DNA of 63,184 bases, counting the filler, from Octopus bimaculoides (lineage: Eukaryota), in assembly GCF_001194135.2 (NCBI RefSeq). It is 9 parts of 9 records of this genome, joined end to end, with 100 filler letters (N's around TTAATTAATTAA, not from the genome) between each part and the next. Parts side by side here need not be neighbours in the genome. Positions count along the whole stretch, not along the records: positions 36,154 to 42,205 come from NC_068989.1; positions 42,306 to 47,187 come from NC_068999.1; positions 47,288 to 57,300 come from NC_069000.1; 6 more parts are not named here. The stretch is one strand, 5' to 3'. The notes beneath the pieces were generated by a model. The model was given only the letters and a program-made list of their open reading frames with translations, was not told the DNA's origin and did no database searches. Position numbers and translations under genes: made by a program. Positions 38,000 through 51,613 of the stretch are shown piece after piece. Numbering within the stretch: position 1 is the first letter of the stretch; each line of letters starts with the position of its first letter.

Positions 38000-39338
38000 C
38001 ATGTAGGTATATGTGGAGAGAGAGTGGGGAACGGCTTCCCATTAAACATGTCAAATTAAAAACATAAGTATGTGATTTTCTTTATTTTCTTGTTTATATG
38101 GAAGCAGTGAAGTTCTAATATGTACAGGATATCGGTAGAAAAATTCTCTTCTTTGGCGAGCATTTGGATTCTACACCACAAAAGAAGAGCTACATAAAAA
38201 ATCTATTAAAAAGGAAAACAGGAAGAGCTACACAAAAAAAACTATTAAAAAGGAAAAGAAGTTTTCAAAGGATTTTTTTGCGAAAATTGCACAAATCTGT
38301 CCTGATCAAGAGATCTATCTATCGGAGAAGGCATAGTCTGACATGGAATAAGCAAAAATTTATATAAGACATTCTATTGAAAAAATTGCCCAGCAGCGAC
38401 AGGCTATTCAGCTAATATATATACGTATACTAAAAACAATGAATGCTAAAATTCTTGAGACAGAGAAAGAAGCTATCATGTTTATCGCTAAAATGGTACT
38501 AATATTATAAAAAATCTACGTATTAAAACAAACACAAATCAACAACGAATTCATGAATATTCCAGTATAACAGAACACAAAATACATTGTACCAATTTAT
38601 ATACTAGCATTAATTAATACACTACAAATGCATTAAAATTTAAAATGTCCCCCGCTTCAATAATAAGCTACAATGTGTAAGCCTGCGAACGCACAACTAA
38701 CCATGAAATTGATTTACAAATTTGATAACAAACGTGATAATTGTAAACTCCATAACTGTTGTATTGGCCATGCAAATGACACTTTCCCGACGACTCACTA
38801 TATACTTACAACAACAACCAATTTCAATGCACTTGCATTACACAACCTAAAACAAAAGAAGATAGGAAAACATTAAACAAAACATCGAATCTATACAGAA
38901 TTCCTTACAAAAATAGACGATTTAACCTGAAAGCAATACGAATGCGAAAATAAACACATTAACATATTCTTGTCACAAATAAACAAGCACTCGTTGACTG
39001 TTGAAAATGCACACTAGAGGCCAAATATTCAATTGTCAACTCCATTCCCATAGCACGCTAGAGGCCAAATATTCAATTGTCAACTCCATTCCCATAGCTC
39101 CCGCCTAGTATACATTGGCAGCCAAATACGTTGTTAAGAACAGCATCTGAAGAGAGTGCTTGGTGCTAATGTATAATGTGACCAATAGGACAGGTGTTTA
39201 CATTACTGCAAGTTTTTGAAAATTCGACCGTCATTTTAGTTTGTGATCAGTGTATTTTATTTGCACAAATGTGTGTGTATAGGAGAGAAACAGAGGAGGA
39301 TAATGTCTCTCTTTACGTATGTATGTGTGTGTTTATCT

Positions 39339-39387
<49 letters not shown>

Positions 39388-40180
39388 NNNNNNNNNNNNN
39401 NNNNNNNNNNNNNNNNNNNNNNNNNNNNNNNNNNNNNNNNNNNNGTGCGCGTGTGTGTGGAAGCCATGAAAATAAAATAGATCATAAATTCATTCAGGTA
39501 AATAAAGCATATAATATTATAGTTAATATAAAATATTATTGCTAAAATTCTAGAGACATGGAAAGAAGGTACCATGTTTATCGCTAAAATGGTACTGATA
39601 TTATATTCGCTAACTATTGATTTTGCTGTATTATCTCTTCTGACCTCGCAAGCCTTCTATAATAAGACATATTTTTATTTCAATGTCAGCTTTGAGCGAA
39701 AAAGGTTTATTTTTTTGTTCACTATAATTTTATTTCTTCATTACATCTTTCTTGAAAATCATTGTTTCAAATGTAATTTTCTGAAATTTGTAAAATAGCT
39801 CCAAAATTTTCAAAAGACTTCCCTAAAACTAAAACATCAACCTCAGCGCTGTCAATAACAAAAAAAAAAACAATGCACAATATATCTATCTACTTATTCT
39901 CATACTATATATTGAACTTATATAATAAATGCTAAACATGTGGTATAAATATTTCTTTAATTTAAATGAAAAATATATAACAAAAATACGTAACTGAATA
40001 AATTCCAGTTGTCAAACAGAATATGCTTTAGTAATTAGGGTCTAGCTTAATGGAAATACTCTAATATTCAATTTTATGTATTTATCTATTTATTTGTATA
40101 TCAATTCAAATTTTATCATATTGGTAGATAATATATATATAAAATTGTTTGTAGTATATGTATATATTAGCTTGATAGCT

Positions 40181-40429
40181 GTGGAGGCGCAATAGCCCAG
40201 TGCTTAGGATCGCGGTTTCGATTCCCAGACCGGATGTTGTGAGTGTTTATTGAGCGAAAACACCTAAAGCTCCACGAGGCTCCGGCAGGGGATGGTGGCG
40301 AACCCTGCTGTATTCTTTCACGCCAACTTTCTCTAACTCTTACTTCCTGTTTCTGTTGTGCCTGTAATTCAAAGGGTCAGCCTTGTCACACTGTGTCACG
40401 CTGAATATCCCCGAGAACTACTTTAAGGG
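40181..40429 (+). mobile_element. tRNA-derived SINE, family B (5' part, with a small head deletion)
   Basis: Starts gtggaggcgcaatagcccagtg and continues as the 54737 copy until the gap. Confidence 0.9.
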
Positions 40430-40856
40430 NNNNNNNNNNNNNNNNNNNNNNNNNNNNNNNNNNNNNNNNNNNNNNNNNNNNNNNNNNNNNNNNNNNNNNN
40501 NNNNNNNNNNNNNNNNNNNNNNNNNNNNNNNNNNNNNNNNNNNNNNNNNNNNNNNNNNNNNNNNNNNNNNNNNNNNNNNNNNNNNNNNNNNNNNNNNNNN
40601 NNNNNNNNNNNNNNNNNNNNNNNNNNNNNNNNNNNNNNNNNNNNNNNNNNNNNNNNNNNNNNNNNNNNNNNNNNNNNNNNNNNNNNNNNNNNNNNNNNNN
40701 NNNNNNNNNNNNNNNNNNNNNNNNNNNNNNNNNNNNNNNNNNNNNNNNNNNNNNNNNNNNNNNNNNNNNNNNNNNNNNNNNNNNNNNNNNNNNNNNNNNN
40801 NNNNNNNNNNNNNNNNNNNNNNNNNNNNNNNNNNNNNNNNNNNNNNNNNNNNNNNN

Positions 40857-40929
<73 letters not shown>

Positions 40930-42169
40930 TAACACACGCACGCTCACACATTTACAAACGTACATGCAGATAATCACGAGTTTTAAATGGCGTATAGTAG
41001 ACATATGTACGTATATATATATACGTATGTATGTATATATATCTATGTATGTCTGTGTGTCTGTGCGTGTGTTTCTTTGCGATGGACAGCAGAAAATCCA
41101 TCTATCTCCTCTCTCTTTAATGCTAGGTATTCCTCACATCCACCTTTCTTCCCCTTCCTCGGCGTTTTAAAAGTTAGTTGTGTGTATATGCATGTATGTA
41201 TGTGTGTGTGTGTGCGTGTAGTGAGTGTGTGTGTGTGTGCGTGTAGTGAGTGTGTGTGTGTGTGTGTATAGATGTATGCATCTATGTATTTACGAAAGTA
41301 TGTAAGCAGTGTCGCGTGTATATCCATGAATGACAGCTGTATTAACGTTTTTCATCCCACTGCCATTCCATATTTGTCGCTTACCCAACGCTGTTCTCCC
41401 CTTTCCTGATACCAGTTACACTTACTGTGCTACTACATTTCCCTTATACTAACAAACACTCTTTGCACCCTTCTCCTTTTATCAAATAATAGTCCACTCA
41501 CCCCTAGGGGGCCCATTATAGACTTTCATTGAAATCCAATTAGCTTATAATTGAACTGGATGTTAGTTTAACATGTATGCAAAGTTTCGTCAAGATTGGT
41601 TTACTGGTGTAGGCGGCAAGATGGTAACAGGTAGATCGACAGACAGAAATTGCCATTTATGTATACCACTTAGTCAAGAAGGAATGCTGAACCCATGACC
41701 CCACTCAAGTCAACCGGGACTGGTAGGAGAGAGGAAAGAATGGGTGACAGGAGGAGATAGAGAAGGAAGGGGTGAAAGGAGGAGGGAAGGAGGGAGGAAG
41801 TTTTCTTCGAAACAGTGACCAGAACCGAATGCTCGTTACAGAGTGTGGTCGAAGGACCAGGTATTGATATTAAACCAGCAGATAGATTAAGTCTACTACC
41901 CAAGTTGGCATGGCGGGATTTGAAGTCAGAATGCAAGAAGCCGAAATAAAAACTGCAAGGTTTCCAGTCCAGTATTCTAACAGTTCTGCCATTCCACTGT
42001 CCTGAATTGGTACTTTCTATCGACCCCGAAAGGATGAATGACAAAGTTAAATTCGGTCAAATGTATGTATCACTTGTACACTAAATCTCTCTGTTTATAA
42101 TATTTATACAAAGACATACACACACACACACACCTCTAACAGGTACGCTACTGTGGTTTTTGTCTGAGA

Positions 42170-42205
<36 letters not shown>

Positions 42206-42602
42206 NNNNNNNNNNNNNNNNNNNNNNNNNNNNNNNNNNNNNNNNNNNNTTAATTAATTAANNNNNNNNNNNNNNNNNNNNNNNNNNNNNNNNNNNNNNN
42301 NNNNNATATAAACATATATATTTAATCAATACTGATATAGGGTGAAATTTATAATTAATAATTAATAATTTCACCATGTAGTTCGGTATGTTAGAAGAAC
42401 CATTATCGGTAAACGTCTACAAATATCTTATAATAATAAGCATAATTATAATTAGGGCTTAGCAAAATTTCTTCACCACATACGGAAATTTAGAAATAGC
42501 AGTTAAAAACTATTCTACTACCATAATATATCTCCCAGACAGCAATACTACCAAATCATGCAGGCAACAAGAAAAAATAACGAATCCACCCGGCTTTTAT
42601 TA

Positions 42603-42672
42603 ACTATGTACGCGTTTCTGGATTAAAGAGATGTAAAACACATTACTCATTTACTTACGTCTTCAGTATAGT
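42603..42672 (-). ncRNA. Degenerate minimal type I hammerhead-like motif in a second pseudo-LTR-like repeat (about 42310-42700)
   Basis: Minus strand: ACTAT(A)-CTGAAGA-...-GAAAC-GC-GTA-(C)ATAGT. The core is intact with palindromic ACGCGT. Stem I has 5 bp after one mismatch; stem II pairs poorly. Confidence 0.45.
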
Positions 42673-43734
42673 ATTTCAATTATAAATCTGAGAGTGCTAA
42701 TAATTAAAATATGTATTCGACCTTTTATTGTTTACTTGTTTCAGTCATTAGGCTGCTGCCATGCCGGGGTACCACTTTGAAGAATTTTCATCCGAAAGAA
42801 TCGAGCACAATATTTTTAAGGCTTATTTTGTTGGGAAGTAAACATGTCAAGAACAGTCGTCACGCGGTGGCGGGTGGGGGTAGGGTACCACATAAACAAA
42901 AAATACACACACACATACATATACATTGTACAAGTGGTCTGACTTCTTCAAAATTTCTTAGAGGAAAAGAGATTAGATAATTTGTAACAAATGGTAGCTA
43001 TCTGGTTTTTAAATACTATGTGGTGGAGTAACAAGACCGATCGTGAATATAGGAAATGTTCTTGTTGGGCTTATGGTAAGTAAATTTAGGTCTAGTGAAG
43101 TATACAAAGTTGACTTCAGATGGATTGGCAGCGTCTCTGACTTTCAGGCCTAATTATCTGCATGCAGAGGTAAGGGTTTCCTAAATGTTTCTAGGATGTG
43201 ACCATCTTAGCTTGGGGAAGTACTCAATAAGTCCACTCGGTATAGTCCAACGTCGTGGGTTGGGTACTTGAACCTTAATGTGCTTAATACAAAGAGACCT
43301 CTCAGCACCATCATACGAATCCATTGATACATCAAAGAATTCTTCTTTTTCTTCTCCTTCTTTTCGTTCTTCCTTTCCTTCTTCTTCTTCTTCTTCTTCT
43401 TCTTCTTCTTCTTCTTCTTCTTCTTCTTCTTCTTCTTCTTCTTCTTCTTCTTCTTCTTCTTCTAATACTACTACTACTAATTCCCCCTCTTACTCCACCT
43501 ATTTCCATCTTCCTTATCGCCACCTCATCTTCCCCTACACATTTCGTTTTTCTTTCAAACATTTAATAACTGGCTTACTTCTCTCATCAGTGGGAGATCG
43601 AAAAGATTTATCGACATGCTTTGCCCCACTCGTGTCCCATTAGATTAAGACTCATTTGCATATGCAAACTGAGTGAGAAAACAACGCCAACAAATACAGT
43701 ATGGAAGAAAGTAACTAGTTAAACCGAACATTAC

Positions 43735-44085
43735 ATCATGGAATACCTCGTATACAAGAGTGTGGTGTAAATAAACAGAAACATCGAACAGTTTTAATAG
43801 ACGAAAAGTTATAATATCCAGGGAAACATTATGATTAAATATTGATATCACAGCCCTGAGTGAAACAAAAATTGTTTATGCGCCGGTTCTTCACGAAAAT
43901 AGCTATATTCTTTCTTCTGGCTATGATGTCAATCTATCCAGACTTGTCTGCAAGATGGTGGTTTAGGAAAGTGGAAAATATAGATTCTACTTCTTGTAGA
44001 AACAGGTCTTTGTTCCAGACCAAGTATTAGGGCACTACTTATAAGTCTTCGTATGCAACTATACTCAGTGTTTATTCGTCAAGAC
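43735..44085 (+). mobile_element. Ancient RTE-type AP-endonuclease fragment
   Basis: Manual translation gives SWN...RKVIISRETL*LNIDITALSETKI...LHENSY and LISLRMQL, resembling RTE APE 'IARELARYNIDIAALSETR'. Confidence 0.55.
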
Positions 44086-46301
44086 CGGCAGTAAATAGTA
44101 CAGGTAAATGTAGCTTCTGTGATGAGATCGATTAGGTCCACAGTACGATTGTGTCTTAATAAGATATATGTATGCCCTCATCTGTCTGTAGTAATCGAAC
44201 CTGCGTAGTTCATGAGACTGTTTTTTTTTTCTTTTGCTACAGAAACTGATGTTGATGAAAATGGTGTTTCTTTGTATGATTTGTCGTATGTTTTATACCC
44301 GTGTCCTTCCCTCATTTCACTTTCTTTTCCTTCTGCTTTTGTTTTGTTTACAATTGTGTGTGGTTGTGTCGGTTGATGTTATATGATGGTTCAGGTTGGT
44401 TTTGAATTGTCTTAACGCTTGTTGGTTTACGGTGCATTAACAGAAAACTGTCTGTCTCAGTTTTCATTTTAGAGGGGGATATTTCCCATGTATCATATCC
44501 TTCCTATTAGAGATCTCATTTTTCACCTCGACATTGATTCACATAGTGTCTTCCAGTTAAAAGAGTAACATGCCAGCATCGTCTTGTGAACTAGTGCTAG
44601 TCTGTAAATACACGAAAGGAAAGAGTCCTGTTTTATGTAAGGTTTTTCAACTGATCTTCTGGCTGTTTCAAGCATTTCTCTTACTGACGCCGCTGTTTTT
44701 TCTGATGCTGCTGTTACTGCCGAGGTTACTGGCGTCGTTCCTTTTGCTTTTAATTATGTATCTGCTACTTTGAAAGGTGCCGCGCGTTTTATCCGTGTTT
44801 GTAGGCGTTACTGTTTTTGTATATTTTGTTGTTTGTGATGTCAGTTTAATGTCAACAGAAATATAGATTTGCTTTTTTTAGCCTGCTCTTCCAACAGAAA
44901 GGCCTCAAAGCGTGTTGATTCTTAATCTACGATACATATTGTGTCCCCATTTCTATATCAGCCATTAATCAAAATAGTGATGTCTGTTTACCCTCTCTAT
45001 TTGATTTGGTCATTACATATGGCCATTTCCACGGTATACTCTGAACAACTCCGGGCAAATTTTCATTTTCTATGGATCACCACTCATTTCCTTCTAAAGC
45101 TACGCAGCAGATAACCTCTGGACATTGTTACCAGTCATTATTCGGCACTCGTTGCCGAATCTCTGACGGTCTCTTCCTGTAAGTTGTTACTATTTTGTAT
45201 ATATTCATGGAATCAACATTTGAACATCACTGGTGAGACTATTCCACCCAAAATTCTTTTATTTTAACAATATATACACAAAAGAGCACATATTGCAGAA
45301 GTATTGGAGAAGTATTAAAGCATCTCTCAGATAAGACATTTTATTTTTTAACAATAGAAGAGGAGTTTATGCCCATTGAAGAAGCTTCAAATAAATATTC
45401 TATTTTGAAAACAAGTTTAAGATTGAGAGTGTAAATCTACAGAAACGAGGAATGGGCACAGTTCGAAATATGTGCGTTTCTCCTACATCGTGAGTGACAG
45501 CTGTTGCAGTTCACCCAAGGAATTATTGAAACTAGGAGGTGAGATAATCTTTCGAGACGGTCCACTTGTCAATATAACGAAAAATGCAACAGAAGCAGCA
45601 TCAAAAACAACAGCATCACTATGATATCACGAATAGAAAACATGAGAAGCAACATCAGTGACGGCGGCAATTGTTATAATGTTAGCAGCAATCACGTCAG
45701 AAGAGGCGAGATTAATAATACCGACAACAGAATATCGGTGAATAGCAAAAACAATTAGCAACATTAACAGAAAATATAATCATTGCATTTGTGGCACTAC
45801 AGCAACTAATCACCTCACCATCATCTACGACGTAAAATCATGTCTCATAAGGCGTAATTCTTCAATAATGGCTTGGCTCTCAGTGCCTTTACATATGTAT
45901 CAATGGGCAGAGAAGATTTACCGCAGGGACCAAAGTGAGGTGTTATCTTTCACCGGTTTGAATAACAAGGAGTAGAAACGATGAGTCTCTTACTCGTCTC
46001 TCACTGATAAAGGTCAAGCTGGTGCCTTTACTGCCCGAAAATGACATCTGGCGAGTGTCGTCTGCGTTGGCGAAGTAGAAAAGTAAGTTTACTTTGTGAG
46101 TTCAAATCCCACTGAATTTAAGTTTCTCTTTTATTAGCTCGAACGGCAATGAAATACAATACCAGAAATGATAGCAATAGGACAGCGATCCTTTCTTCAA
46201 AATGTTGGGCATTGTACCTAAAATCAGAAAACTTATAATTATTATTATTATTATTATTATTAGTAGTAGTAGTAGTAGTAGTGGTAGTGGTAGTTGTAGT
46301 A

Positions 46302-46341
<40 letters not shown>

Positions 46342-47646
46342 ATTCATGTGCAAAAGCCGAATACGTTACGATGATGTGTGAATAGTTGATTAGAGAGGCG
46401 AAGAGAAATAGAAAAAGAAGAAGAGAAAAGTATTTTTACGACGTGAAGGTGGAACTGGTATTCGTTTTCACGTTGTTTAAAAGTTATCTCAAGGGAGATA
46501 TATGGAAAAAGAGAGAATGCAATGTTTCGCAGTAGGGTGTAGTTGTGGTTGTGAGGTTGAACAAGAGACAAAGAGGGAACAGCTTAATAGAGAGTGAGAA
46601 GGAGAGAGCAAAATGGGCAGTGACTCTAGTATCAGCCAATACATTAATCTGTCAGGTGGTTAGTTCAAGGGAAAAAGGCAGAAAGAGAAATAGAGGAGAG
46701 AGTCAGTGGTGAGTGCCAGGAGAAAGATATTGTTATTACGGTGTGTGGTTGGTTTGTTGAACGAAGAGATAGAAAGAGAGAAAGAGGGAGAGAAAAAGAA
46801 GAGAGAAGAATAAATATGTTAAGGGAGGGGGCAATTAGGGTGTGGAAGGAAGAGAATGAGCGAGTGAGTGAGTGTTGACTGAAAGTAGTTACATGATTTT
46901 CAATGTAGTTTAATAGAATATGGTGACATATTAAAAATAAACAACACTGGTTTTACAGCACAAACATTTCTATATTTCATTTTCGCTGAATCTCTGCAGA
47001 TTAACAGATCCATCGACAGAGAGGAGATAGAAAGACGGATGGTTATTCATATTGGCACATAATTAAATCAACATGAAATAAACTTACCAAATAGCTGTGG
47101 ATGTTAATTTTACATTCTTATGTGTAGCAGCCCAAAGGCTGCGGCCATGCTGGGGCTCCACTATTATTTAGTTTTTTTTTTTTTTTTNNNNNNNNNNNNN
47201 NNNNNNNNNNNNNNNNNNNNNNNNNNNNNNNTTAATTAATTAANNNNNNNNNNNNNNNNNNNNNNNNNNNNNNNNNNNNNNNNNNNNTATGTATTTTCTT
47301 TTTATTGTCCCTGGAGGAGGTAGATGTAAAGTCGTATCCGACAGCGTTTGAACGTAAAATTAATCAGGAATTTTTCATTTCTAAGACTGGCATGTTAACC
47401 AAAACTCTGCTACCCCATAGGCTTTATGCTTCAAGGTAATATAATTTAGTATTAAATGTTTCTGAAGAAAATCCTATTGATATTGTTTTGGTAATATACC
47501 CTGCGGGGTCGATAAATTCAATAGTAACCGCACACTGCAACCGAGTCACTTGACTAATCGCCATTCCCATTACGGGGGAAAAAAAGAGTGTTCTTACGAC
47601 TAAGAAAGAAATACAAATATTCACGAGGTTATAAAATTTTACAGTA

Positions 47647-47687
<41 letters not shown>

Positions 47688-48539
47688 AATAGTTTTCTAT
47701 TTAGATTAAACTATAAGCTGAGTTGTATTTTTATTTCATCTTATATTTCACTATTTTATTTATAAATTTTCTTAAACATTCTATTAAAGAAATTTTATTA
47801 TATTCATTTAATAAACAAATTTTATTAAAGCTTTTTATTAAAAAAAAACGTTTCAGTAAATATTTTATTAAACAAACTTTATTAAGTTATTTTGTGGAAA
47901 TATAAAAAAAAGATAATGTTTAAATTTTGTCCATGAAGTAAGAGCTGTCCAAATGTTATTAAAACCCAATTTAGTTCTTAGAATTAGTTATCAGTCTACT
48001 CTCTCCACCCAGGTCCCGGCAACTCACCTGTCTCTCCTATTTCGTCAATTACCACTACCGTTTCTCATATACCTGACCCTCTCTTCGTCTCTAAATACTT
48101 CTTTCTGTACTTTTTCATTTGAATTCACCGTCTCCGCCACAGTTTGCGTGATTTTTCTACAGATACCGCTGATCAACAGATTTTTCCCAGCTAAAACAAC
48201 ATCTGATCGAGTCTCACCGGTTTTGAACTCTTTTGCGTCTTATGTTTGCATGATTACATGGTTACCATCATATCAAAGACGCGCACATACACGAACACAC
48301 ACAGACCCAACACATAGACCCTGCCACACATTATGTATGCGTATGAATATACTGATATATATATATATATATATATANNNNNNNNNNNNNNNNNNNNNNN
48401 NNNNNNNNNNNNNNNNNNNNNNNNNNNNNNNNNNNNNNNNNNNNNNNNNNNNNNNNNNNNNNNNNNNNNNNNNNNNNTATATATATTCACACACACATAC
48501 ATATATGCATGCATATATACATACATGCATACATATCTA

Positions 48540-48593
<54 letters not shown>

Positions 48594-48722
48594 AATCTAG
48601 CTATTTATCTGTCTATCTGTCTGTCTGTCTGTCACTGTCTCTGTCCGTCTGTCTGTCTTTGTCTCTCTCTCTCTCTATATATATATACTTCTTTCTCTCT
48701 CCCTCTCCACCTGTGCGTGTGC

Positions 48723-48784
<62 letters not shown>

Positions 48785-49129
48785 GCATATACATATACAT
48801 ACATGCATACATACATACATAAATATTTGGCGTGGGAGATTATTTATCAAAAATACGATGAAAACTATCTCCAACTGTGGATCCACAGCTATCAGCCGTG
48901 TTAAATAACTGGTTAATCTTCGGATGAATTAACTGAGAGAGCCTTTTATTCACGATCGTAGTGGTTTTCGACTGAAACTTGAATTTAGCATGCAGAGAGT
49001 TGCTACAAACAACATGGCTGGACAATAAGAACAGAACGAAAACAGCAGCTCAACAGGTAAACAAATTCTTTCTAGTCGTAGATATAGAAGAAACTGTAAC
49101 TACAATCTCATTTCTCTTGGAGTTACGAA

Positions 49130-49760
49130 TTGAATAATGATCTATTTAACTGCTACGATATGCTAGGATATCTCACTGATTCACAAGGAAACAGAAATAC
49201 AAAAATTACACACTGTTTCTTTCTGGATGACTGTTTCTTTCTGGATGACTGTTTCTTTCTGGTGGAAATTAGCTGCCTAGCGGATGTTAACATAAAGCTG
49301 AAGATCAGTGAAACAGAGAACACCTTTGCTGAACTATTGAGAAATCTACAATTACTCTATCCAAATTACAAGTTCAGGTTTATACCTGTAATTATTGGGG
49401 CCCTGGGATGTGTAACACACTGCTTAAATACCAATCTTGAAAAATTAAGCTTCTCAAAACCAGAAAGGAGAAAACTAATTTGAAGGCTACAGGACCAATC
49501 CATCACTGGAACTGTAATAATCAGTAAAATTTACTAGAAGCTTATCATTTAAATATATATGAGCATGTCTAGATATGCAACTCTATGCATGGGAATACAT
49601 GCATAAACCATAGAAATCTGCACATACGTACATACATACATACATACATACATACATACACTGCTGTTGATGCTGAAATTCCAATGAAGGAACCTTGGAT
49701 CTAAGTCAGAAACTGGTTCTTTCCCTATTGGCAAGAAATCTTGAAATAAACTGAATAATA
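49130..49760 (+). mobile_element. 3' end of an RLE-bearing non-LTR retrotransposon (R4/Dong-like) with its 3' UTR
   Basis: Reads VEISCLADVNIKLKISETENTFAELLRNLQLLYPNYKFRFIPVIIGALGCV, typical of the restriction-like endonuclease C-terminus. Contains an 18-bp tandem duplication at about 49215-49265. The clade assignment is inference. Confidence 0.7.
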
Positions 49761-49823
49761 ACATACAGTGGAAGATTTATAATAATTAAAAAATAGAAGA
49801 GGCATACATACATACAGATAAAT

Positions 49824-49988
49824 ATGCGTGGCTGTGTGTTAAGAAGGCTGCTTTCCAACCACAGCACAGTAGTTCCAGGTTCAGTCCCACTGCGTGGCAA
49901 CTTGGGCAAGTGTCTTCCATTATAACCGCGTGCGAACTAAATATTTGTGAGTAGATTTGGTAAACGGAAACTGAAAGAAGCCTACCGT

Positions 49989-50054
<66 letters not shown>

Positions 50055-50175
50055 TTGCACACACATACACAGACATATATACGCATGTGCGTGTGTGTGT
50101 GTATGCGGGTGTTCCCCTCTACCGCCTGACAACCGGTTCGGCAAAAAAGACCAGTAGAAAACTTACGAGGTTTAA
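49824..50175 (+). mobile_element. tRNA-derived SINE, family A, interrupted by a microsatellite
   Basis: gtggctgtgtgttaagaag...caggttcagtcccactgcgtggcaacttgggcaagtgtcttc...aaacggaaactgaaagaagcc. Confidence 0.85.
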
Positions 50176-51613
50176 AGAAATTAGTTCAAAGGTTAGAGAC
50201 TTGAGTGATCCTGTCTTCTTTATATAGACACCTTAAACAATTAACGAAAGCACAGTTCATTTTATCACAATCGTTTGCTAGTGATGGCCATGTTATAAAC
50301 TATATATTTTACACTTCAATTGTTTTAACATTTCGAACGGAGCTTATGGACACCTTTTCAATTTTATAGTTTTATAGAAACCCATAGATTTTCCTACGTC
50401 AGTTTGACAGGTTTGACAGCCGTTATTGTATGGTAGTATTGACTATTTTCACCTTCCGCCTTTAAAACTGTAATGAGTAATTTGAAACAAAATTTATTCC
50501 CTACTTGTAGCAAATCAGACAACCACGTAGATGCTTCCTCTTTGTTTTATTACAATTAGATTGTTCGGATTTAATAAATTTAATGACATTCGTAGAGACA
50601 GCATGTCGTGTCAAAGTGTGTAATCTAACCACCGCTGTTAGTCCGGCGTATTACCTATTTCTATAGCTTTTAGTCCGGCACAACATGCACTTGGCAAGCT
50701 ACTGTACGCTATGGAATATGATACATTAAAAATCCACTCGGTATCTGTGTAAAACTTTCAGAGTTATAATGTATCGTGGCACTTCTAAAAACATAAATTT
50801 ATACTCTGTTGCAGATAGTATTAAATGCCTTTATCGAGATGAGGGCTAATGCCTGAGCTAGATGAAGCCTAATCTCTTTCCCAGATGCCTAATGTCTTTA
50901 GTAGATGCCAAATGATGCATACTTAATGGCGTGTGTCGTTACCTTTCGTTAAAGGAAAAGAGCAATAAAAGATGTTTCACACTATTTCTTCTAACTTCGA
51001 TTAACTTCGAAGCGACCAGAAAACATTCTAAGGAAACTTTCAAGAATTTGCATTGATGTGACATATGACTCACTGTGTAGTTACGCATTTCGTCATCGAT
51101 ATATGTTCNNNNNNNNNNNNNNNNNNNNNNNNNNNNNNNNNNNNNNNNNNNNNNNNNNNNNNNNNNNNNNNNNNNNNNNNNNNNNNNNNNNNNNNNNNNN
51201 NNNNNNNNNNNNNNNNNNNNNNNNNNNNNNNNNNNNNNNNNNNNNNNNNNNNNNNNNNNNNNNNNNNNNNNNNNNNNNNNNNNNNNNNNNNNNNNNNNNN
51301 NNNNNNNNNNNNNNNNNNNNNNNNNNNNNNNNNNNNNNNNNNNNNNNNNNNNNNNNNNNNNNNNNNNNNNNNNNNNNNNNNNNNNNNNNNNNNNNNNNNN
51401 NNNNNNNNNNNNNNNNNNNNNNNNNNNNNNNNNNNNNNNNNNNNNNNNNNNNNNNNNNNNNNNNNNNNNNNNNNNNNNNNNNNNNNNNNNNNNNNNNNNN
51501 NNNNNNNNNNNNNNNNNNNNNNNNNNNNNNNNNNNNNNNNNNNNNNNNNNNNNNNNNNNNNNNNNNNNNNNNNNNNNNNNNNNNNNNNNNNNNNNNNNNN
51601 NNNNNNNNNNNNC

